From positions 37,852 through 101,851 of IMG/VR virus record IMGVR_UViG_3300028887_000090: a DNA stretch of 64,000 nucleotides, one strand, 5' to 3'. Positions 1 to 7,300 of the stretch are shown one piece after another. Made by a program: the position numbers and the translations under genes. Under the pieces are notes generated by a model. The model was not told the origin of the DNA. It worked only from the letters and a program-made list of their open reading frames with translations, and did not search any database. Every line of letters begins with the position of its first letter. Position 1 is the first letter of the stretch. Source of the DNA: a virus. Lineage: Duplodnaviria > Caudoviricetes.

Positions 1-2
1 TC

Positions 3-128
3 AGTTACCATCTGAAGGATATCTGCAACTGCATTACTTCCTTTGTAGGGGGGGGTATTGGCAAGGATTCAGTAACAGGCATGTATAACACAACTCCGTA
101 TATTTTGATTGAGTATGAACTATTATAA
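3..128 (+). CDS. TRD-like mini-ORF 1 (5' truncated by window edge), G8 tract, in frame
   Basis: Frame 3 reads SYHLKDICNCITSFVGGGIGKDSVTGMYNTTPYILIEYELL*; G8 at 48-55; ends in the LIEY motif shared with the other cassettes. Confidence 0.65.
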   Translation, partial: SYHLKDICNCITSFVGGGIGKDSVTGMYNTTPYILIEYELL

Positions 129-305
129 TTCGCGTCTGTGCGAAATGATTAGGGGGGGCAATGGCGACCACAATATCATGGCGAAATGCTTGACACCTAT
201 AACCAGAACGCCCATCGTAAGGTAGCGATAACCGTTTTGGCTGGCATCAGTTCGCGAAACCACTATTTTGTTTGTGAAGAAAGAACCAATAAATTCAGAA
301 AGTAT
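115..305 (+). pseudogene. TRD-like mini-ORF 2, frameshifted at G7 (OFF); with G8 it fuses in frame to the methyltransferase core
   Basis: ATG at 115 inside GAGTATGA; G7 at 152-158; adding one G gives MNYYNSRLCEMIRGGQWRPQYHGEMLDTYNQ...ITVLAGISSRNHYFVCEE, continuous with ORF 186..1847. Confidence 0.6.
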
Positions 306-1847
306 ATGATCGCAAAGATTTATCCCGACGGACACCCTGATCTTCAGGGTAAAAAGGATCCGAAGCATCCCGTGCGATACTTCGACATCCGAAAACTTAC
401 CCCCCCCGAATGCTATACACTCATGGGGGTACCGCAGCAGCGCATAGCGCAGCTGATGGCAACCGAAAAACGCCCATATACGGCATTTATCGGTGTAGAG
501 GAGGAACTAAGGCTCTTTGGTCTGGAAGAGTCAGCCTCGATGAAAGATGTGCTGGATGCCTACAAGGAGGCGATGCAGAGTTGTGATGAGTTTGACCAGG
601 AAACACAGAAGAAAATCGATGAAGGTTTTCTCAGTCCTGACAGCAGACCCACAACCGATGAAGATGGTGAGGAAATCATCTATCCCTACGACGATGAAGA
701 GAGCTACCAACGTTACCTGGAGCAGTTGAAGGAGGATTTGGAAGGTAACAAACTGGTACGTCAGAATTACGATGAAAGATACGCAAAGATCCGTGCCGCA
801 CCTACTGAGGAACGTTTTGGCGATGTGCAGATAATCTCAAATAGTTCGCACTATAAACTCGCAGGAAACTCGATTGTCTGCGATGTGCTGATGTATATCT
901 ATGAAGAATTTCTCTATCCCACCGGTCGCCGTATTCCTACCGAGCAGCAGGATTTATTCGCGCTGCCGCAATTCCGTTTAGAGCGCGACTGGAAGAAGAA
1001 ACCATTGAAACTTGTTACGCTATGCTCTGGCTATGACTCGCAGGCCATTGCCTTCGACATGCTGAAAGAGCGTTATCCTGATTTTGATTACGAGCTGACG
1101 GCATGGGCTGAGTTTGACCCTGAGAGCAAGCGCCCATTGGAAGAGCAACCCGCAGTGGTGGCCCATAATCTGCTATTCCCTCAGTGGGCCGACCGTAATC
1201 GTGGTGATATGACCAAGTGTGATTGGAGTGACCTGAAGGATGCAGAGGTGGATTTTCTTACTTACTCTACGCCGTGTCAGTCGATCTCACAGGCAGGTAA
1301 GCGTGAGGGCATTAAGAAGGGATCTGAAACCCGTTCGGCTGTGCTCTGGTACACCGAGGAAGCCGTGAAGGTGATGAAACCGAAGATCCTGATGCAGGAG
1401 AATGTGCGTGCGCTGATAAACAGCGTGAACATGCCCGACTTCAAGGAGTGGTGTCAGCTGCTGGAGAAATATGGTTACGTGAACTTCCTTGCGCCCTCAT
1501 TCCCGACATTGTGGGGAGAGACCAAACGCGACAAAAAAACCATTCCTGGCATTCTCAATTCGAAGCACTATGGCGTGCCTCAGAACCGCGAGCGCGTCTA
1601 TATGATTTCTATCCGTCAGGATGTGTTGGGTGATACGCAGTATGAGTTCCCGCGTCCTTTCCCCCTGGATAAGTGTATTGCCGACATTCTGGAGTCAGAT
1701 GTCGATGAGCGTTTCTTCCTGAAGCCCGACTCAGTGATTAAGTTCCTGACTGTGAATGAGAGTGACCAGAAGGCTCAGATCTTCTATGTAGTGACTGACC
1801 ATAAGTTGACGGATGAAGAAATCGCCCAGGCTCGTAGTCGTAAGTAG
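186..1847 (+). CDS. Circularly permuted DNA (cytosine-5) methyltransferase catalytic core (start may be ATG 306)
   Basis: Motif order is IX (IRKLTPPECYTLMG), X (YKLAGNSIVCDVL), I (LCSGYDSQ), IV (YSTPCQSISQAG), VI (QENV), VIII (GVPQNRERVY); no TRD sits between VIII and IX. Confidence 0.9.
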   Translation: MLDTYNQNAHRKVAITVLAGISSRNHYFVCEERTNKFRKYMIAKIYPDGHPDLQGKKDPKHPVRYFDIRKLTPPECYTLMGVPQQRIAQLMATEKRPYTAFIGVEEELRLFGLEESASMKDVLDAYKEAMQSCDEFDQETQKKIDEGFLSPDSRPTTDEDGEEIIYPYDDEESYQRYLEQLKEDLEGNKLVRQNYDERYAKIRAAPTEERFGDVQIISNSSHYKLAGNSIVCDVLMYIYEEFLYPTGRRIPTEQQDLFALPQFRLERDWKKKPLKLVTLCSGYDSQAIAFDMLKERYPDFDYELTAWAEFDPESKRPLEEQPAVVAHNLLFPQWADRNRGDMTKCDWSDLKDAEVDFLTYSTPCQSISQAGKREGIKKGSETRSAVLWYTEEAVKVMKPKILMQENVRALINSVNMPDFKEWCQLLEKYGYVNFLAPSFPTLWGETKRDKKTIPGILNSKHYGVPQNRERVYMISIRQDVLGDTQYEFPRPFPLDKCIADILESDVDERFFLKPDSVIKFLTVNESDQKAQIFYVVTDHKLTDEEIAQARSRK

Positions 1848-2029
1848 TGCCGTGTTGCGGGGTGTTCGTACTGAGCATGCCCGTGCCGTGCGCCGCATTT
1901 ACGGAGATAGGGGGGGGGCATTGCCACTTCTCTGACCGTAATTTTCTTCCGGCTACTGATGGGTGTAGTAATACGATAACTGGAATATTGAAGGATAATT
2001 TGTTATTGATTGAGTATGATGATCATTAA
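1813..2029 (+). pseudogene. TRD-like mini-ORF 3, frameshifted at G9 (OFF)
   Basis: ATG 1813 overlaps the MTase end; G9 at 1910-1918 leads to an early TGA; with G8 it reads ...RTEHARAVRRIYGDRGGHCHFSDRNFLPATDGCSNTITGILKDNLLLIEYDDH*. Confidence 0.65.
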
Positions 2030-2198
2030 AGAGACTGAGCCAACTGCCGATATGAAGCCTGTTCGAATATCGGCAAGCCGTGGTAGGGGGGGGCAAAACG
2101 CTACCCACCAAGTCATCGAATTAGGGTCATGGCAAGCAACGAACACAATTACCTCAGTACAGAAGGATAATATTGTATGGATAGAGCGAGATTTATAA
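2016..2198 (+). CDS. TRD-like mini-ORF 4, G8, in frame
   Basis: MMIIKE...ISASRGRGGQ...ATNTITSVQKDNIVWIERDL*; G8 at 2086-2093; NTITSVQKDN is typical of variable regions in Bacteroidota/phage C5 MTases. Confidence 0.7.
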   Translation: MMIIKETEPTADMKPVRISASRGRGGQNATHQVIELGSWQATNTITSVQKDNIVWIERDL

Positions 2199-2326
2199 GG
2201 AATGTGGGGGGGGTATATTCGCAATGTACTCCCGACTTCAACCGAGGTTGGCTTTGGGGCCTCTCTCGATGTATCAAAGCCTCGATGAATGATGCCGCAA
2301 TATTGATAGAGTATGACTATGAATAG
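2177..2326 (+). CDS. TRD-like mini-ORF 5 (49 aa, below the ORF-track cutoff), G8, in frame
   Basis: MDRARFIRNVGGVYSQCTPDFNRGWLWGLSRCIKASMNDAAILIEYDYE*; G8 at 2206-2213. Confidence 0.65.
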   Translation: MDRARFIRNVGGVYSQCTPDFNRGWLWGLSRCIKASMNDAAILIEYDYE

Positions 2327-2476
2327 GAAATATAAGATAGGTGTTCATATCGTAGGCCATCGTTTAGAGTGGCACGGCGAGGGGGGGCAGACTCGACTAT
2401 GTGGAAAGATATCTGTCCTTGCATTCGCATGAATGATTATAAATGTCCGATGAATATATTGATTGAGTATGAGTAA
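2313..2476 (+). pseudogene. TRD-like mini-ORF 6, frameshifted at G7 (OFF)
   Basis: ATG 2313 inside GAGTATGA; G7 at 2381-2387; with G8 it reads ...WHGEGGADSTMWKDICPCIRMNDYKCPMNILIEYE*. Confidence 0.65.
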
Positions 2477-2723
2477 GGTACGCCATTTCAAACCTCGGTG
2501 TCCCTTCCTTCAGATTGCTACGAGGGGGGGGCAAATCGTGTTACAAGTTCGTCAGGCAACCGAGCAAGGCTATATCGAATGCGTCAGTGGTGGCGTGTTC
2601 GATATGGCTTACCCTACGTCTCAGCTTCGTCGCGCCCGTGTCAAAGACGATGGCCGTGTGGCATCGGCATTGATGGCAGGAGAAACCTCACAATGTGTAT
2701 TTCTGGAGTATGACCTCGATTAA
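2469..2723 (+). CDS. TRD-like mini-ORF 7, G8, in frame
   Basis: MSKVRHF...TRGGQIVLQVRQATEQGYIECVSGGVFDMAYPTSQLRRARV...FLEYDLD*; G8 at 2524-2531; the RQAT..GY...YP.S..RR.RV pattern is typical of phage C5-MTase TRDs. Confidence 0.75.
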   Translation: MSKVRHFKPRCPFLQIATRGGQIVLQVRQATEQGYIECVSGGVFDMAYPTSQLRRARVKDDGRVASALMAGETSQCVFLEYDLD

Positions 2724-2910
2724 ACTATCCAAGACTACCTCCGCACCTCCAAGGGCTTATGGGGGGGGGTATTTGTTGCCTGTCAACACCGCAGCAGGAG
2801 GAATCTGTTGCACACTCAATACCAGATACGACGGCATGCAGTTGCCGGAGGACATCTTATCACTCGCACACTATCCTAAGACGGTTGTGCTCATCGAATA
2901 CAATCTATAA
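2710..2910 (+). CDS. TRD-like mini-ORF 8, G9, in frame
   Basis: MTSIKLSK...AYGGGYLLPVNTAAGGICCTLNTRY...HYPKTVVLIEYNL*; G9 at 2761-2769. Confidence 0.7.
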   Translation: MTSIKLSKTTSAPPRAYGGGYLLPVNTAAGGICCTLNTRYDGMQLPEDILSLAHYPKTVVLIEYNL

Positions 2911-2911
2911 T

Positions 2912-2947
2912 TTGTCACATGGTTACGTTGTTTTACCCCTAACTTTG
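2912..2947 (+). promoter_or_regulatory. Phage promoter TTGTCAC-N21-TAACTTTG
   Basis: Bacteroidota -7 box TAnnTTTG with an upstream GTCAC at fixed 21-nt spacing; one of 8 copies. Confidence 0.7.
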
Positions 2948-2978
2948 TGGCGTATTAATATTTAAAAAGGTATATAGT

Positions 2979-3641
2979 ATGGAAACTTTCTCAATTATGG
3001 AACCGTGCTGCATAGGGCATCAACTGCCGCAGCTGCTGAAAAAGTACCCGCTTGCTACGTGGCAGTCGAATGGTGATGTGACCTTCGATAAACTGATGAA
3101 AGCCATCAGTTGTCTGGCAGGCAACTCTCTGACCGTGAAGATCGTCATCCCGACGATAGATATTCCGATGCTAAGATTGTTGCTCTGGTATCGCCAGCGC
3201 GAGTGGCTGAAAGAGGTGGCCATCCTGACCAAAGACGACCAGACGGCCTTGATGCGCTCACAGTTGGGCATGGACTTTCCGCTGACTGCGAGACACCATG
3301 ACTCGGTGGTGGAGTCGCTGCTGGTGATAGAGGGCGAGAAAGCCACCGTCATCGTGCAGGGTGCCTTGCTGAGTGTGGTCACACCAGGACAGTATCATTA
3401 TACCACCTATGTAGGCACCGACCAGGAGCGCATCGACATGCTGGTATCGTCGGCATGGTCGCTGTTCCGTCTGGCAGGTCGAAAAGGTGGAAAGAAGGGC
3501 AAGGAAGCCGCTGAGGAAACGGATGAGAAGCCGTCGGAGGCCGCTGCCGAACAGCCCGAAGATAATAACGAAAAACCCGTAGAGCATGAAGATACGACTG
3601 AAGAACCCGCTGAAAGCGTGGAGGGAACACAGGAAGCGTAA
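2979..3641 (+). CDS. Hypothetical protein with acidic C-terminal tail
   Basis: 220-aa ORF directly after a promoter; codon style matches neighbours. Confidence 0.75.
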   Translation: METFSIMEPCCIGHQLPQLLKKYPLATWQSNGDVTFDKLMKAISCLAGNSLTVKIVIPTIDIPMLRLLLWYRQREWLKEVAILTKDDQTALMRSQLGMDFPLTARHHDSVVESLLVIEGEKATVIVQGALLSVVTPGQYHYTTYVGTDQERIDMLVSSAWSLFRLAGRKGGKKGKEAAEETDEKPSEAAAEQPEDNNEKPVEHEDTTEEPAESVEGTQEA

Positions 3642-4158
3642 GGCTGACCTGAAGGATCTGCATCAGACGGCATCGGTTTTCGGTTCACTGGAAACGCTGA
3701 TGACGAAGGGCCTGTTGGCATGGAACCAGCAGGAGCGCCGTCTGTACGTGGCCGAGCCGTTGGCCATTGTCATGCTGGGACGTGGTGCCGACCACTGGCA
3801 ACGCTTCCTGAATAACACCTACCTCTATTTGATGAATAAGCTGATGGCTGAAGCATGGGATAAACATGTGCGTGACGAACAGCGCAAGGCCGTGAACGAG
3901 CGTGTGGCGCAGGGCGTGAAGGTAAACCCTGGCGAACTGGATCGCATTCGTCGCGCCGTGCGTGAACAGATAGAGTCTGACGCTGTGCAGCCGCCGAAGA
4001 TTGAACCCTTCGAGTTTTTCGTCATCAACGACCATGCCGAGGGTGACGCGAAGGCTGCCATTACCTACGTGGGTGAATATAATCCCGACACCGAAAACTT
4101 TGTCATGGCTGCCTGGGATGACGTGAAGCAAGCCATCGAGGACGTAAAACTGAAATAA
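3586..4158 (+). CDS. Hypothetical protein
   Basis: 190-aa ORF overlapping the previous one and followed by a terminator. Confidence 0.7.
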   Translation: MKIRLKNPLKAWREHRKRKADLKDLHQTASVFGSLETLMTKGLLAWNQQERRLYVAEPLAIVMLGRGADHWQRFLNNTYLYLMNKLMAEAWDKHVRDEQRKAVNERVAQGVKVNPGELDRIRRAVREQIESDAVQPPKIEPFEFFVINDHAEGDAKAAITYVGEYNPDTENFVMAAWDDVKQAIEDVKLK

Positions 4159-4199
4159 GGTCTTTTTCAAATATAATAAACAACTTCTGAATAAATCAT

Positions 4200-4238
4200 G
4201 TCCGGAGCCAGTCGCGACGACCCGCTCCGGACTTTTTT
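4200..4238 (+). terminator. Rho-independent terminator
   Basis: tccggagc...gctccgga stem followed by a T run. Confidence 0.7.
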
Positions 4239-4250
4239 CTGCATACCCCT

Positions 4251-4286
4251 TTGTCACATGGTCAGCCTTCGGATTTCGTAATTTTG
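4251..4286 (+). promoter_or_regulatory. Phage promoter TTGTCAC-N21-TAATTTTG
   Basis: Motif copy upstream of the tape measure gene. Confidence 0.7.
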
Positions 4287-4322
4287 TGGCAGTAATAATA
4301 GATAAGGTATAAGAAGTAAGCT

Positions 4323-7300
4323 ATGGCACTTTTCAATTCAAAAAAATCGGAAGTCGTGATCACGGTTAATTCTCAGCAGCCAAAAGCCGCTGTGAGGGCC
4401 ATGAAGGTGGAGCTTGACAAACTTACACGGTCTTATGAACAGTTGAATAACGCTGGTAAGGCCGGTACCCAGCGTGCAAAGAACATGCTCAAAGACATTA
4501 AAGACCTGAAGGCCGCCATTAAGAACTCCGAGGCTGATATGCAGAAGGTCGATAAGGTGGTTAAGAATTTAGGTAACGCCACCTTGCGTCAGTTGCGCCA
4601 GGCATTGAAGCAGGTCAATAAGGAGATAGAAAACACCTCCGCTAACAATCCGAAATTGGTTCAACTAAAGGAGCAGTATCGGGCCATTGACCAGCAGATA
4701 CGCATGATGACAAAGGACATCAATTCTGCTAATAGTGCCATCCGTGGATCTGGTGGTGCTTTCGCCACTACGTTAAAGAACTTGACAGCTTACTTTGGCC
4801 TGTTTCAACTGTTTTCACAGATACAATCGAAGCTGACTTCTATCATCAAACTTAATCTGCAATTCTCCGACCAGTTGGCCGACATCCGTAAGGTATCTGG
4901 ATTGGCCATGAGTGACATTAACCACATGTCGGAGAATTTGGCAAAGATAGATACTCGTACCACCATTCAGGAACTCAATCAGATTGCTTATGCAGGCGCA
5001 AAGCTCGGCATCGGAAAGTGGGGAACTGAAGCCCTGGAGCAGTTCGTTCGTGCTTCTAACCAAGTGAACGTTGCCCTGAAAGAAGATCTTGGTGCCGATG
5101 CTTTGACCGCTCTCTCGAAGATTACTGAGGTAATGGGATTGATACCGAAGATGGGCGTAGAGAAATCGATGTTGGCCACCGGTTCTGCTATGTTCCAGTT
5201 GGCTGCTACCTCTACCGCTACCGCTGGCAATATCGTTGAGTTTTCGAAACGACTCACCGGTATGGCCCGCACAGCAGGTATCACAACGGATCAGTTGCTG
5301 GCCCTCGGTTCTGCTGCCGATAGTATGTACCTGATGCCTGAAGTGGCTTCTACGGCATTCAATAAGTTCATCACCGCTTTGCAGAAGAATCACAACCTGA
5401 TTGAGAAGCAACTCCAGATTGACCCTGGCACAATCAGTAACCTGTATTCGACGGGTCGTATTGTCGATGCCATGGTACTGGTGTTCGAGCGCATGAATAA
5501 GATGGGTAACATGAACGTGATGCAGGATTTGTTCAAGGATCTTGGTTCGGATGGTGCCCGTCTGGTAAACGTGATGGTTACGATGTCGAAGAATGTCGAT
5601 ATGCTGAAAGATCACCTCTATACTTCAAGTGAGGCATTCGAGGAAGCAACCGCCGTAACCACTGAGTATAATATCCAGCAGGAAACCGCCAACGCCCTCA
5701 TGGAGCGTGCATCGAATATCTGGGAGAAAGCCTTTGTCAACCCTACGGGTGTGGACTATGTGAAGTCGATGGCCCAGCAATGGTATGACCTCTCTAAGGC
5801 CCTGACTGAATCCAATGTTTACATGGGTCAGATTAAACTTACGCTCGGATTGCTTTGGGCGCTGGTTAAACTTGGTCTGTACCTGTTGCCTGCCCTGATT
5901 CAGTTTATGATGTTCAAGGGCTCCTATACCGTCGTTGTCGGTATGTGGAAGGGTATGGTGGTAGTCTATCAGCAGCTGATGGCGAAGATTACGGGTGCCA
6001 CTGTTGCCCAGCAGGGATTGAACACAGCCATGAAAGCCAATATCTTTGGCGTTATCATTTCGCTGTTGTCGATGGCTGCCGTCTATATGTTCAACTATGG
6101 CGAAAAAACGGAGGAAGCAGCCAACTCGCAGCGTAAGTTGAACAGTTACCTGGAGGATGCTGCCAAAGCCTACGATGAAGAGCGTCGTAAGTTGGAATCG
6201 TATCGCAATGTGCTGGATGATGCAAACCTGGCTCAGGAACAGCGCGAGCGTATCATTAAGAAATTCAATCACGAATACCAGCCATACCTTACTAAACTTG
6301 GTCTTGAAGTAAAGAGCGTGGGCGACTTGAAGGGAGCCTATGAGGATCTGAATGCCGAGATTAAGAAAAAGATGTACTACCAGATGCGTGAGCGTGCCTA
6401 CAGTGATAAGTTAGGCGAAGCGCAGGGTGGGGTAGAGAATGCCGTGATGGACTACAGCCGCTATGTCAATGGTAAGGCTGACTTCAAGGCATTTGATACC
6501 AAGTGGCTCCAGTCGAAAGTGGATGCCGGACTGACTGTTGATGAAATCTATAAGTCTGTCATCGAGCAGACCTATGGTAAGGGTGGTGTTTGGTCTGGTT
6601 ATAATGGCGATTACATTATTAATAATAAGTCGAAGCGTGACTCCGGCCTTCGCAGTCGTATTGCGAACTTCGTCAACGCCAATAAGAACTATACGACCAC
6701 CAAGACTGAGATTGACGATGCTTTCAATCCTATCATTGGTGACTACGACCCATTCAAGAATGACGACCTGGGCGAGTTGGAGCGTGATGCTGTTGATAAG
6801 CGTGAGCGTGCCAAGCAGAAGGCCGAGGAAGCGGCCCGTCGTAAGGCACTCCGTGCGGAAATGAAAGCCGAGCAGGAGCAGGCAAAGGCTGTGATGGATA
6901 ACGTCAAAAACTATTATGAGCGTCAGATTGCCGCCATTACCGATATGGCCACCAAGACGAACATGGATCCTGAGCTTCAGGCAAAGATGGTGGATGCGAT
7001 GAAGAATCGCATGAATGACGCTTTGGCGAACGTCCGTAAGGCTATTGCCGGTGTTGAGAATGGTTGGAGTGACTTCCGCGAGACCATGATTAACGACCTC
7101 TACGAGCCGTTGAAGTCTGATGGTACCAACGAGTCAACGCAGTTGCTCGACAATATCATTCAGAACGATGTCGATAAACTCCGTGAAATGATTAAGGATC
7201 TCTCGAAGGCCCTTGGTCAGAGTCAGGGCGTATTGCTCGACCAGATTTGGCGCAAGGCTACTGAAAACCAGTTGAAGAATGCCGTGCAGGAGAATAAGGC

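Noticed and set aside
1813-2910. Simple decayed pseudogene of one long multi-TRD methylase
   Set aside because: Each unit has its own ATG overlapping the previous unit's end, and the only lesions are one-base changes in the G runs. That is too regular for random decay, although homopolymer sequencing error cannot be excluded for the specific ON/OFF states.
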